This document shows positions 39,201-49,900 of a stretch of 64,000 nt of DNA, piece by piece (the first letter of the stretch is position 1; each line of letters begins with the position of its first letter). The DNA is from an uncultured Acidobacteriota bacterium (GTDB lineage Bacteria; Acidobacteriota; Thermoanaerobaculia; Multivoradales; UBA5704): contig OY969474.1 of assembly GCA_963700145.1 (NCBI GenBank), positions 480,001-544,000 on the forward strand. The letters are read 5' to 3'. The position numbers and the translations under genes were made by a program. Below the pieces are notes generated by a model. That model did not search any database. It worked only from the letters and a program-made list of their open reading frames with translations, and was not told the DNA's origin.

Positions 39201-42200
39201 CAGCTCGGGGCTGTAGGTCCAATCGACCCGGAGTTCGCCGGCGAAGACCATGGCCAGGATCTCGAAGGCGTGCACACGGCGGTTGCGGGGGCTCCGATAC
39301 GGTCCGACGGGCTCCGGCGCAGGGGCGAGGAGGCTCTCGCGGGACAGCGGGGAGTCGATGCGGCCCAGATAATTGAAGCTGACCGTGGCCGGCGGCAGCT
39401 CACGGAGCGACCGCGCGACGGACTCGTCCGCGCAGAGGTACCGCAGGACGCCGAAGCCCAGCCCGTGCAGCGGCACGGAACGCAGCCGCTCCTTGACGGC
39501 CTTCAACAGCTCGCCCGGCCCCGTGGCTCCATCGCGGCAGAGGGTGACCGGATAGAGCGCGGTGAACCACCCGACCGTCCGGGACAGGTCCACGTCGGCG
39601 AAGAGCGGCTCGCGTCCGTGCGCTTCCAGGTCGATGCGCAGCCCGCTCCCCTCGCCGCACCACTCCTCGAAGACGAGCAACAGAGCCGTCAGCAGCACGT
39701 CGTCGACGCGGTTGCGGTAGGCCCGCGGCACCTGCTGCAGCAGCGCCTGCGTCTCCTCGGCGGTGAGCGATACCGAGAGCGTGCGAGTGGAAGTTGGCAC
39801 GCCGCTGCCGCCGCGGTCGACCGGCACCGGAACCACCGGCCTGGCTCCCTCCGCGAGCCAGAAGCCCAGCTCTTGCAGCGCCGCCGGCGTCGCGGCGTAG
39901 GCCTCGAGTCGGGTGCTCCAATCCCGCCAGGACGTCGTCTTGGCCGCGAGCCGGAGGTTGCGGCTGCCACCCTCGATGCGCAGCGCGGTCTCCAGGTCCT
40001 CCAAGAGGATGGACCAGGAGACGGTGTCGACGACGAGGTGGTGGATGACAATCAACAGCCGGCCGTCCCGGTCCGGACCCAGGTCGAACCACGCGGCCCG
40101 CAGGAGGGGACCGGCGGTGAGATCGAGGCCCGTTTGCAGACCGGCCGCTGCGGCCGTCACGGTCGCCGCCTGCTGGTGGACGCCCAGAGCGGACAGGTCG
40201 GCGTGCGAGAACGACACCGGCTCTCCAGGGGCGCCGCCGGTCGGTTCCCACGTGTCGCCGCGGCGAGCGAAACGCAGCCGCAGAGCGTCATGACGTTCGA
40301 GCAGACCGGCCAGAGCGCGCTCCAGCGCCCGTGGCGAGACGCGATGCCGCACGACGAGCAGCGCCGCCTGGTTGAAGTGCCAGGGCTCTGCGAAGTCCTG
40401 CTCGAAGAACCAGCGCTGGATCGGAGTGAGCGTCACCGCATCGGTGACGGCCTCTTGCTCGGTCCGGAGCGTCGAGGCCGGCTCGGTGAGCGCCGCCAGC
40501 TCGCTGACCGTCGGGCAGCGGAAGAGGGAGAGCGGAGGCAGGCCGAGGCCGATCTCGTGACCGCGGGCGCTGATCCGGATGGCAAGGATCGAGTCGCCAC
40601 CGAGCTCGAAGAAGTTGTCGTGGATCCCGATGCCTTCGATGCCGAGGACGGCGCTCCAGATCTCGATCAGGTGTCTCTCGACCGCCGTCCTCGGCGCCGC
40701 ATAGGGGACTGCCAGGTCGGGGCGAGTGGGATCCGGGAGCGGCAGGAGCCGCCGGTTCACCTTGCCGGTGGGGGTTAGGGGGAGAGCGTCGAGCAGGACG
40801 AAGGCAGCGGGCACCATGTACGACGGCAGTTGACCGCTCAGGGCGTTGCGCAGCTCGGCGCGCGTCGGATTGGCCTCCCGAGCTGGGACGACATAGGCAG
40901 TGAGACGCCGGTCGCCTGGGCGAGGCTCGAACACCGTGACCGCGCTCGCGGCGACGCCGGGGTGCCGCGACAGCGCCGCTTCGACGTCTCCGAGCTCGAT
41001 CCGGAAGCCGCGGACCTTTACTTGATGGTCGGTCCGGCCGAGGAACTCCAGACTGCCGTCGGTCCGATGGCGGGCGCGGTCTCCCGTCCGATACAGCCGC
41101 GCTCCGGGTTGACCGCCGAACGGGTCTGGAACGAAGCGCTCCGCCGTCAGATCGGGCCGGCCGCCGTAACCCCGCGCCAGGCAATCGCCGCCGACGAAGA
41201 TCTCGCCGGCGGCCCCTTGCGGGACCAGCTCGCCGTGGGAGCCCAGCAGGTAGAGGCGCACGTTGTCGACGGGGTAGCCGAGCGACGGCGGCTCGGCACT
41301 GCCTGCTGGGACGAGACCGGCGGTGGCCAGGACCGTCGTCTCCGTCGGCCCGAAGCAGTTGTACACCTCGAAGGGGATGCCCGGGCGGTGCGCCTGCCGC
41401 ATCCAGTCTCCGCCGACGAGCAGGCTGCGCAGCGCCGTCGGTTCCGGCCACGGCAGTCTCAGCACCGCTTCGGCCAGGGGTGTGACCAGCAGATGGACCT
41501 TGATCCCTTCCGCCACCAGCCAGTCGCGCAGACGTTCCGGCTGCTGGCGCTCCTCATCTCCGGCGATGTGGACGCTCCCCCCCGACGTGAGGCTCGGCCA
41601 GATCTCGCCGACCGACGAGTCGAAGGAGAAACTGGCCGTCTTGCCCGAGCGGTCACCGGGGCCGACGGCGAAGCGGCGGCGGTGGAAGGTGATGTAGTTG
41701 ACGACACTGCGGTGCTCGACCTGGATGCCCTTGGGCTCTCCCGTCGAGCCCGACGTATAGATGACGTAAGCCAGGTGACGCGGCGAGCGCGGGCCCGGCG
41801 GGCGCTCCGTTGTCCCCTGGTGCGACTCCGGGCCGTCCAGCAGCAGCCGGGGAACGCGGGTCCGTGACACGCGCGCCACCAGGTGCTCCTGGGTGAGCAG
41901 CGCCGCCGCCCCGGAGTCCTCCAGCATGACGCGCAGCCTCTCCTCGGGATAGGAAGGATCGAGCGGCAGGTAGGCTCCTCCGGCCTTGAGCACCGCCAGA
42001 GCGGCGACGATCATCTCGAGGCTCGGATCGGTGGCGATCCCCACTGGCACGTCGGGGCCGACGCCGAGCCGCCGTAAGCGCCATGCCAGATGGTTCGCCC
42101 GGCGCTCCAGCTCGCCGTAGGTCAGGCATCGACCCGGCTCGGAGACGGCGAGCGCGTCGGGGGAGGCCGCCGCCTGCTCTTCGAACAGCTCGTGGACGCA

Positions 42201-43697
42201 ACGGTCGTGCGGGTACGCCGCCGATGTCGCGTTCCTCTCCACCCGCAGGACGTGGAGCTCGGACGGCGAGAGGAGGGGCAGGTCGGCGAGCCGCCGCTCC
42301 GGCTCGTTGACGATGCCCTGGAGCAGGGTCAGGAAGCGCTCGGTGAACAGTGCCGCCGTGCTGTCGAAGTGCAGGTCGGGGTTGTACTCCAGATGCCCGA
42401 CGAACTCCGTCGGCGTCTGATACATCTCCAGGGTCAGATCGAACTTGGCCTGACCGCTGTTTACGGGCAGCGGCTCCACCTCGAGGCCCGGCAGGTCCAG
42501 CTCGGCCTCCTGCAGGGTGTGGAGCACGAAGGCGGCCTGGAAGATCGGATTGCGGCTGGCGTCACGCTCGAGATGGAGCTCCTTGACCAGCTTGTCGAAG
42601 CCGATCTCCTGATGGGCGAATGCCTCCACGAGGTTGCTCTGGATGCGCTCCAGGAGCTCACGGAACGGCGGATCGCCGGCGAGATCACAGCGCATCACCA
42701 GCGTGCTCGGGAAGCAGCCGATGATCTGCTGCAGCTCGGGCCGCCCGCGGTTCGCACTGGGGATGCCGATAAGTAGGTCGGTCTGCGAGGTGTGGCGGTG
42801 CAGCCATATCGCGTAGGCCGTGAGCAAGATGGCGAATGGCGTGACTCGCTGCTGCCGGCCGAGGGCGCGGAGCGCTTGGCTCACCCGCCGATCGCCGGCG
42901 AACCTGCGATAGGCGCCGCGAAAGGTCTGGACCTTCGGCCGCGGCCGATCGAGGGGTAGGGCGAGCACTGGCAGGGATGCCTCGAGCCGGCGCAGCCAAT
43001 AGTCCATTTGGTCCCGGAGCTCGCCGGCCTGCCAGCGGCGCGACTCCCAATCGGCGTAATCGGCGTACTGGATGGACAGCGGCTGGAGCGCCGGCGGCAC
43101 TCCTGTCCCATGGCTGCGGTAGACCGCCGACAGCTCCTGCAGCAGCAGTCCTTGAGACCAACCGTCGAGGATCGTGTGGTGGGCGCTGAGCAGCAGCGCG
43201 TGGCGGTCCGGCTCCTGCCGCAGCAACAGGGCCCGCAACAAGGGGCCGTGGACCAGGTCGAAGGGCCGGCGAGCCTCGGCGTCCAGCACGCGCCGGCACT
43301 CGCCGGTGCGCACGGACGCGGGCAGCGCCGCGAGATCGATCAGGGGGAGGGGGGTCGACCCGGCGTGAGGCGAGACCTTCTGTCGCGGTTCGCCGTCGAC
43401 GATCTCGAACGTGGTGCGGAGAGCCTCATGACGTCCGACGACCACGGACAAGCCGTGGGCCAGCGCCGATCGGTTCAGCACGCCCTGGAGATTCAGGGCC
43501 AGAGGCAGGTTATAGAAAGAGCTGCCCGGATCCAGGGTCGAGAGAATCCAGATCCGCTGCTGCGACGACGACAGGGGTGCGGGCTCGACGCTCTCGCGCC
43601 GCGTGATCGCCTGCGGCCGGACTGCGGACAGGCCTTCCTCTCGGCGCCACGTCTCCAGCAAGGCGCGTTTTCGCGGCGAGAGCTGGAAGCGGCTCAC
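36267..43697 (-). CDS. Terminal NRPS: C-A(X)-T-E-C-(A-sub remnant)-T-TE
   Basis: GTG start overlaps the upstream stop. HHTILDG, YTSGSTG, GGDS, E domain HHLVVDTVSW/DLEAHGRE/RTVGWFT, HHLLLDG, GGTS, TE GFSFG. Confidence 0.93.
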   Translation of the reverse strand: MSRFQLSPRKRALLETWRREEGLSAVRPQAITRRESVEPAPLSSSQQRIWILSTLDPGSSFYNLPLALNLQGVLNRSALAHGLSVVVGRHEALRTTFEIVDGEPRQKVSPHAGSTPLPLIDLAALPASVRTGECRRVLDAEARRPFDLVHGPLLRALLLRQEPDRHALLLSAHHTILDGWSQGLLLQELSAVYRSHGTGVPPALQPLSIQYADYADWESRRWQAGELRDQMDYWLRRLEASLPVLALPLDRPRPKVQTFRGAYRRFAGDRRVSQALRALGRQQRVTPFAILLTAYAIWLHRHTSQTDLLIGIPSANRGRPELQQIIGCFPSTLVMRCDLAGDPPFRELLERIQSNLVEAFAHQEIGFDKLVKELHLERDASRNPIFQAAFVLHTLQEAELDLPGLEVEPLPVNSGQAKFDLTLEMYQTPTEFVGHLEYNPDLHFDSTAALFTERFLTLLQGIVNEPERRLADLPLLSPSELHVLRVERNATSAAYPHDRCVHELFEEQAAASPDALAVSEPGRCLTYGELERRANHLAWRLRRLGVGPDVPVGIATDPSLEMIVAALAVLKAGGAYLPLDPSYPEERLRVMLEDSGAAALLTQEHLVARVSRTRVPRLLLDGPESHQGTTERPPGPRSPRHLAYVIYTSGSTGEPKGIQVEHRSVVNYITFHRRRFAVGPGDRSGKTASFSFDSSVGEIWPSLTSGGSVHIAGDEERQQPERLRDWLVAEGIKVHLLVTPLAEAVLRLPWPEPTALRSLLVGGDWMRQAHRPGIPFEVYNCFGPTETTVLATAGLVPAGSAEPPSLGYPVDNVRLYLLGSHGELVPQGAAGEIFVGGDCLARGYGGRPDLTAERFVPDPFGGQPGARLYRTGDRARHRTDGSLEFLGRTDHQVKVRGFRIELGDVEAALSRHPGVAASAVTVFEPRPGDRRLTAYVVPAREANPTRAELRNALSGQLPSYMVPAAFVLLDALPLTPTGKVNRRLLPLPDPTRPDLAVPYAAPRTAVERHLIEIWSAVLGIEGIGIHDNFFELGGDSILAIRISARGHEIGLGLPPLSLFRCPTVSELAALTEPASTLRTEQEAVTDAVTLTPIQRWFFEQDFAEPWHFNQAALLVVRHRVSPRALERALAGLLERHDALRLRFARRGDTWEPTGGAPGEPVSFSHADLSALGVHQQAATVTAAAAGLQTGLDLTAGPLLRAAWFDLGPDRDGRLLIVIHHLVVDTVSWSILLEDLETALRIEGGSRNLRLAAKTTSWRDWSTRLEAYAATPAALQELGFWLAEGARPVVPVPVDRGGSGVPTSTRTLSVSLTAEETQALLQQVPRAYRNRVDDVLLTALLLVFEEWCGEGSGLRIDLEAHGREPLFADVDLSRTVGWFTALYPVTLCRDGATGPGELLKAVKERLRSVPLHGLGFGVLRYLCADESVARSLRELPPATVSFNYLGRIDSPLSRESLLAPAPEPVGPYRSPRNRRVHAFEILAMVFAGELRVDWTYSPELHDDARIQWICAGFTAALRTLIAHCLEVEPGGATPSDFPLARVDQGTLDRLLRSEPAIVDLLPLSPMQLDMLIHAVAVAHSDLGVLQFLWRLQGPLDGETLRASWQRAMERHGMLRTAFLWRDLREPLQAVCRAPRLPWETLDWSALPEARRPTALEALCLEDRRRGLALDRPPLMRLTLVRTGEREHHLLWTVHHLLLDGWGHARLVAEVFRLYEALAAGEEPQLPPARSYRDFIAWLQRQDEREAETFWRQALEGFGAPTPLPLDGVHRDPTATGFGEARLLLSPELSAALRDRARSDRLTLGTLVQGAWALCLARSSGEEEAIFGITVSGRPPDLPGVEAILGPFLNNVPLRVPVRLDAELIPWLRELLDRQVRQRSYEYLSQARIRAGSEVPAHLPLYESMVVFENYPVESDASGPRSLVTEQVYHFGSRTSSALTLLAEPAPALPLSLAYDCRRFDAATAQRILGRVRSLLEGMTGPPETRLGELPLLDAQERSQLCASEVSSPAAADEELEAALRQRPDVRDVAVVSRGTALVAYVVSSGQARPSAAVLRSWLRERVDGRRLPTDFVFLDALPRDAAGELAAGSLPDPDAVHGEARRGSLQRDLAGVDVLEIQLAALWETVFGLRPIAATDDFFELGGTSVLAIALMTRIREQFGHDLPLSVLLSATTPRELAARLRERKDLAAWSPLVAIKPGGSRRPFFCVHPAGGNVLSFADLARHFDPERPFYALQAVGLDGTREPLTSVEDMAACYLDEIRQLQPQGPYLLGGFSFGGFVAFEMARQLCERGQQVALLALLDVWSPIHRGRLILSEAVAADEAVLVELMAAAARLHGSSPDVDLDEIRAVEPTRRLDWALERLLAAGVLPPAGREHMRRIFKIHLSALSVLRQFVPRVYSGRITILRAPEEDPWLRELVDHPGLGSPELWSGWQALTSEPLVVLDVPGSHSTMMIEPRVRSLASRLTECLNMAEDRT

Positions 43698-46600
43698 AAC
43701 GCCGCTCCTTCCGCTTCCGTGTCGCTCGGCTCGAACAGCGCCGCCGCCTCCTCGTCCGAGAGGCCGGCCAGGCGCAGGAACAGCTCCGCCTCGCGCAGCA
43801 GGCGCCGGCCCTCGACCGGGTCCTGCGTCAGCGCCGCCGCCAGGCTCGCCACCGTCGGGTTCTTGAAGATGGCATCGGGAGTGATCTCGACCTGCAGCGC
43901 CTCCTGGATCTGCAAGGCGGCACGCAGTGCGAGCAGAGAGTCGCCGCCGCGCTCGACGAAGTGGTCCTCGACGCCCAGCCTCGGGACCTCCAGGACTTCG
44001 GCCCAGACATCGGCCAGGACCTCCTCCAGAGGCGTGCGCGGCACGTGGCGCAGTGAGACCTCCACCGTGGCCTCCTCCGGCGGCACCAGCGCCTTGCGGT
44101 CCACCTTGCCGTTGGGCGTCAGCGGGAAGGCCGGCAGCGGCACGAACCGGGAAGGGAGCATGTACTCGGGCAGGCTCTGCCGCAGCCATGCGCGGAACTC
44201 CGGCGCATCCGGCGTGCGCGACTCCGGCACGAACCAGGCCACGAGCTGGAGGTCGGCGACGGGGCCGGTCCGTCGGTGGGCGGTGACGACCGCCTGTTTG
44301 ACTTCCGCATGGCGGCAGAGGGCCGACTCGATCTCGCCGACCTCGATGCGGAAGCCGTGGCGCTTCACCTGCCGGTCGCTGCGTCCGAGGAAGATCAAGG
44401 CGCCGTCCCGCCGGCGGCGAGCGACGTCGCCCGTGTCGTAGAGCCGGCCGCCGGGCGAGTCGGCGAAGGGGTCGGGCACGAAGCGCTCGGCCGTGAGCCC
44501 GGTCAGCCCATGGTAGCCGCGCGCCAGCCCGCCGCCGCCGATGAAGAGAGAGCCGGCGGCGCCGAGGGGCAGGAGCTGCATGCTCGGGTCGAGGACGTAG
44601 AACCGAGTGTCGTCGATCGGCCGGCCGAGAGGGATCGTCGCCTCCGTCTCCGCCTCCGCCCTGATCCGCTCCATGGACGACCAGACGGTGGTCTCGGTGG
44701 GACCATAGACGTTCCACAGCGCGGCGCTACGCTCGCGCAACGCCGACGCCAACTCGCCGGGCAGCGCCTCGCCGCCGCACAGAGCGGTCAGACCAGGGGC
44801 GCCCTCCCACCCGGCCTCGATCAGCGCCCGCCACGTGGCCGGGGTCGCCTGCAGGAGCGTGGTGCCTTCCCGCTCCATCCGTGCCAGCAGCCGCAGGGCG
44901 TCCGGGACCTCGTCGGCTGCGGCGATCGCCAGCCGCGCGCCGCTGATCAGCGGCAGGAAGATCTCCAGGGCCGCAATGTCGAACGACACGGTGGTGACGG
45001 CCAAGAGGACGTCGCCGGCGGTGGGCTGCAGGCGTCGCTGCATGGCGGTGAGCAGGTTGGAGAGCGCCGAGTGCGGCACGGCGACGCCCTTGGGGCGCCC
45101 GGTGGAGCCGGAAGTGTAGATGACGTATGCGAGATTGGAGGGCAGGACGGCCGGTGTGGCGCCCGCCGCCGCCGGAGACGGTCCGGCCAACGGAAGGTCC
45201 TCCCACGCCAGCACCTGGGCGGCACCGGTCGGCAGCGCGGCGACCAGGCGGCGCTCCGTCAGGAGCACCGCGGGACCGGCGTCCTCCAGCATCAGCGCGA
45301 GACGTTGCCGCGGGAACTTGGGATCGAGGGGGACGTAGGCGCCACCGGCGGCGAGGACGCCGAGAAGGGCCAGGGGCAGTCGCTCGGAGCGGTCCAGGAA
45401 GACTCCGACGCGGATCTCGGGACCGACGCCGCGGGCGCGCAGACATTCCGCCAGTCGGCGAACCCGCCGGCTCACCTCGGCCCTCGTCAGGGTGACGTCC
45501 CCGAAGCTGACGGCGACGGCGTCCGGCGCCGCGGCGGCGCTGATCGCGAAGAGGTCGTGGACGCAGAGCCGGTCGGCCGCCGCGACCTCGGTGTCGTTCA
45601 GCTCGCGGAGGAGAAACCGCTCCTCGGAACGACCCAGCATGGGCACGGCGCCGAGGGCGCGGCCGGGGCTCGCCACGAGACCGTGGAGGACGTGGACCAG
45701 GTGGGAGAGGAGCCGCTCCATGTCCATACCGTCGAAGCGGCGCTGGTCGTACGACAGGCGAAGGAGCATCTCCTGGTCCGGCACGACGACCAGGGCCAGC
45801 GGGTAGTTCATCTGCTCGCGCGTGTGCAGGTGATGGAGCTCGAGACCGCAGTCCGCAGCGCCGGTCGCCGGTGCGGCGGGGTAGCTCTCGTAGATCACCA
45901 GGGTTTCGAAGAGCGGCGTGCCGGTCCGCACCCCGCTCCAGCCCTGGATCTGAGGCAGGGGAGTGGACTCGTGCTCGCGCATCTCCGCCTGCAGGCGCTG
46001 GAGCCCCTGCAGCCATGGCCGCACCGGCGACTGGGCCGGCACGCGGACGCGCGTTGGGAGGGTGTTGATGAACAGCCCGACGGTGTCTTCCATCCCGCCC
46101 GCGGAGCGCCCGGAGACGGTCGTGCCGAAGACCACGTCCTCGACACCGCAGTAGCGGCTGAGGAGGAGCGCCCAGCTGCCCTGGACGAGCGTGTTGAGCG
46201 TCACCTGGAGGCCGAGGGCGCCGGCCTGCAGCGCGGCCGTCTGTTCGGCGTCGAGGCGCAGCCCCCGCTCGCCCGGTTCCCCCGCCGGCGGACCGCTGCC
46301 GCTGCGCGGGCTGTCGAGCTCGATGGACAAGGGTTCCGCGAAGCCCTCGAGCAGCCTCGCCCAGAACGCCCGCGACCTCTCGCTGTCCTGGGCCTGCAGG
46401 GACAGGATGTGATCGCGGAACGGGCGCGGGCGTTCGAGCGGCGGCACGCCGCCGCGCCGGACCTCGGCGTAGGCGGCGAACAGATCAGGGAGGACAATGG
46501 CGATGGACCAGCCGTCCATCAGGATGTGATGAAAAGTCCACAGGAAGTAGTGGAGCCGCGGTGCGGCGCGCGCGACCGCCACGCGCAGGAGGGGTGCTTG

Positions 46601-46957
46601 GGCGAAGTCGAAGCGCTGCCGCCGGTCGCTCGCCAGCAGCTCCGCGAGTCGGCGTTCCCGATCGCTCTCCGCGATGTCGCTCCAGTCGTGCACGATCAGA
46701 GGCAGCTCGACCTCCCGATGCACCACCTGCAGCGGCTTGCCGGCGCCCTGCCAATGGAGCGACGTGCGCAGCACCTCGTGTCGCTGCAGCACGTGACGCC
46801 AAGCTGCGGTGAAGGCCGGCAGGTCCAGGTCGCCGGCGAGGGCGTAGGCGAACTGCTCGAGGTAGATCCCCGGACGGGGGTCCGAGAGGCAGTGGAACAG
46901 CATCCCTTCCTGGAGGGGGGAGAGCTCGTAGATGTCCTCGACGTCCGTCACCGTCAT
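43694..46957 (-). CDS. NRPS module: C(DCL)-A(Gly)-T
   Basis: EDIYELSPLQEG start; HHILMDG; A-domain code read as DILQLGVVWK (Gly type); GGDS carrier. Confidence 0.93.
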   Translation of the reverse strand: MTVTDVEDIYELSPLQEGMLFHCLSDPRPGIYLEQFAYALAGDLDLPAFTAAWRHVLQRHEVLRTSLHWQGAGKPLQVVHREVELPLIVHDWSDIAESDRERRLAELLASDRRQRFDFAQAPLLRVAVARAAPRLHYFLWTFHHILMDGWSIAIVLPDLFAAYAEVRRGGVPPLERPRPFRDHILSLQAQDSERSRAFWARLLEGFAEPLSIELDSPRSGSGPPAGEPGERGLRLDAEQTAALQAGALGLQVTLNTLVQGSWALLLSRYCGVEDVVFGTTVSGRSAGGMEDTVGLFINTLPTRVRVPAQSPVRPWLQGLQRLQAEMREHESTPLPQIQGWSGVRTGTPLFETLVIYESYPAAPATGAADCGLELHHLHTREQMNYPLALVVVPDQEMLLRLSYDQRRFDGMDMERLLSHLVHVLHGLVASPGRALGAVPMLGRSEERFLLRELNDTEVAAADRLCVHDLFAISAAAAPDAVAVSFGDVTLTRAEVSRRVRRLAECLRARGVGPEIRVGVFLDRSERLPLALLGVLAAGGAYVPLDPKFPRQRLALMLEDAGPAVLLTERRLVAALPTGAAQVLAWEDLPLAGPSPAAAGATPAVLPSNLAYVIYTSGSTGRPKGVAVPHSALSNLLTAMQRRLQPTAGDVLLAVTTVSFDIAALEIFLPLISGARLAIAAADEVPDALRLLARMEREGTTLLQATPATWRALIEAGWEGAPGLTALCGGEALPGELASALRERSAALWNVYGPTETTVWSSMERIRAEAETEATIPLGRPIDDTRFYVLDPSMQLLPLGAAGSLFIGGGGLARGYHGLTGLTAERFVPDPFADSPGGRLYDTGDVARRRRDGALIFLGRSDRQVKRHGFRIEVGEIESALCRHAEVKQAVVTAHRRTGPVADLQLVAWFVPESRTPDAPEFRAWLRQSLPEYMLPSRFVPLPAFPLTPNGKVDRKALVPPEEATVEVSLRHVPRTPLEEVLADVWAEVLEVPRLGVEDHFVERGGDSLLALRAALQIQEALQVEITPDAIFKNPTVASLAAALTQDPVEGRRLLREAELFLRLAGLSDEEAAALFEPSDTEAEGAAL

Positions 46958-46963
46958 CGATCC

Positions 46964-49900
46964 CTAACCGATCCGTGCGATCAGCCGGTTGAGCTTGGCC
47001 TGGCTCAGCCGCGCGGCCGGGAAGCTCTCGGCCTCGTGAGCCTGCTCTGGGGCGCCGGCTTCGAGCAGCCGGTCGACGGCGTCCTCGAAGTCGCGAGCCA
47101 ATCCGAGGAGGGTTTCGGGCCGATGCAGGTTGGCACTGTGGCGGAATTCGAGCCGCAGCCGGTCGTCGGCGACGCTGCCGTCGATCTCGATCACATACGG
47201 CCGCATGTTCCGCGGCGAGCGTCGTGGGCCGGCAGGCTCACGGGCCCATACGAACGGGCGCGCGCCGCCCTCCGTTACGCCGGGGCGAGCGGAGAAGTTG
47301 AACACCACCTCGGCGCGGGGGAGCGCCCGCAACATGGATGCCCCTTCGCCTCGTCCGTCGGCGTAACGCAGCAGACCGTATCCGATGCCGCCGCGCCGTA
47401 CGCGCCGCAGCTCCCGGCGCACAGCGGCGAGGGTCTCGGCCGGAGAGCCGTCGCCGGCGGCGAGGAGCACGGGATAGATGCAGGTGAACCAGCCGGCGGT
47501 GCGCGACGTGTCGAGGTCGGGGAAGAGATCCTCCCGGCCGTGCCCTTCGAGGTCGACCAGCAAGGGGACGGCGCCGAGGCGGCGCGCGAAGGCCTGAGCA
47601 ACTGCCGCCAGGACCAGCGTGCTCACCTGGACGCGCAGCCTCCCGGCCTGCTGCCGGAGCCGACGAGTCCGCTCGGCGTCGAGCTCGCCGGCGATGCTGC
47701 GTGCCGAGGCCTCGGTGTTCGCCGCGCCGGAGAAGTCCACCGCGAGCCGCCCGGCGTGGGCGCGGGCGGGATCCAGCCAGAAGGAGAGCTCGGCCAGGAT
47801 CTCGGGAGAACGCGCGAGATCCGGCAGTCTCTCGGCCCAGCGCCGGAACGGTGCCGTGCGAGACGGCAGGACAGGCCGCCGCCCGCCAGTCCACTGGCGC
47901 GCCGCTTCCAGCAAGTCCGCCAGCAGGAAAGGCCAGGAGGCGTCGTCGGTCACCGCGTGGTGGAGGACGACGAAGAGACGACGGCCCGAGTCGGCGGTCT
48001 CGAACAGGACGATCCGGACGAGCGGACCGCGGGTCAGGTCCAAGCTCGCCTGCAGCGCGGCGGCGGCCGTTTCGAGCGCGCGCATTCTGGCCGGCGCGGG
48101 CAGCGCGGAGAGATCGATCGATGAGAAAGAGCACGCGATCTCCGGCGGCACTTGGAACGCGCGCCAGCCGTCTCGGGTAGCCGCGAACCGCAGGCACAGG
48201 CTGTCATGGTGTGCCGCCAGCGCGCCCGCGGCCAGGCGCAGGCTCCACGCCGGAAGGGGATCGTGCAGCTCCATCAACACGGACTGGTTCCAGTGATGGG
48301 GATCAGTCAGCTCCTGCTCGAACAGCCAGCGCTGGATCGGGGTCAGCGGCAGCTCACCGCCGCCTATCCCGGCGGCGTCGGGCTCCACTAGGGCCGCCAG
48401 CTCGGCGAGGACCGGCCGCTGGAAGATCTGCGTGGGCGTCACACGGACTCCGACCTGTCCGGCGCGCACCGCCACACGCACCGCCGCGATGGAGTCCCCG
48501 CCCCGCGTGATGAAGTGGTCGAAACGTTGCACGCTTTCAATTCCGAGGACTTCTTCCCACACCCCGGCGAGCGCCCGCTCGGTCCTCGTCAGTGGAGCGG
48601 CGAAGGATGTGGCGCTTGACGCCGGGATGGCGCTTGGGAACGGTAACGCTTGCCGGTCCAGCTTTCCGTTCGGAGTGAGTGGGAGCTCCCTCAGCTCGAC
48701 GAACGCCGCCGGCAGCATGTTGGCGGGCAGGGAGTCCTGCAGGAAGGCGCGCAGCTCGGCCGCGGTGGGAACGGCCGGCCCGCGAGGGACGATGTAGGCC
48801 ACCAACCGTCCGTCGGGCCCATCGCCGCGCACGGCGGCGGCGGCGGCGGCCACCGCGGGGTGGCGGCCCAGGACCCTCTCGATCTCCCCCAGCTCGATGC
48901 GCGAGCCGTGGATCTTCACCTGGTCGTCCATCCGCCCCAGGATCTCGAGGCGCCCTCCTGGCCGGAGACGGCCACGATCACCGGTGCGATAGAGACGCCG
49001 CCCGTCGGCGGCAAAGGGGTCCGGCACGAAGCGTTCCGCGGTGAGCTGCGGGTTGCCTACGTAGCCGCGGGCGAGACCGCCGCCGCCGATGTAGACCTCT
49101 CCCACTACCCCCGGGGGCACGACCTCCAGATCGGCGTCCAGCACGCGGACGCTGGTATCGGCGATCGGCCGGCCGGCGGTCACCGGTCCGCCGCCAGGCT
49201 CGATCCGCTCGACGGTGGACCAGATCGTGGTCTCGGTCGGCCCGTAGACGTTCCACACCGCCTCCGCCGAAGTGAGCAGCGCGTCGGCTAGGGGGCGCGG
49301 CAACCCTTCGCCGCCGCAGAGCACCCTGAATGAGCCCGCTCCCCGCCAGTCCGCCGCCAGCAGCATGCGCCAGGTGGACGGCGTGGCTTGCATCACCGTG
49401 GCGCCCGAATCAGCCAGAGCGTCCCTCAGCGCCAGCCCGTCCCGCGCCATACCCTCGGTGGCGATCTCCACCCGGCCACCCGCGAGGAGCGGTAGGAACA
49501 GCTCCAGAGCGGCGATGTCGAAGGCGAGCGTAGTCACCGCCAGGAGCGAGTCGTCGGCGGTGAGGCCGGGGCGCTCGAGCATCGAGGCGAGACAGTTGGT
49601 CAGGGCCGAGTGAGGGACCGGTACACCTTTGGGCTCTCCTGTCGAGCCGGAGGTGTAGAGGACGTACGCGAGGTTCGCGGCGCCAGCGGCGGGCAGCGGA
49701 CGCGCGTCCGGCTCGCGGTCGATGAGCGGCGCCTCCCGATCGAGCAGAAGCGCGCGGCCGCCGAGCGTGGCGGCCCAGGCCTCGCGCCCGCTCCAGGTCA
49801 CGATGATGACCGGCCTGGAGCTGCGCACGATGTGCTGGAGGCGCCGGTCCGGATGGCCGGGGTCCAGCGGCACGTAGGCGCCGCCGGCCTTGAGCACCGC

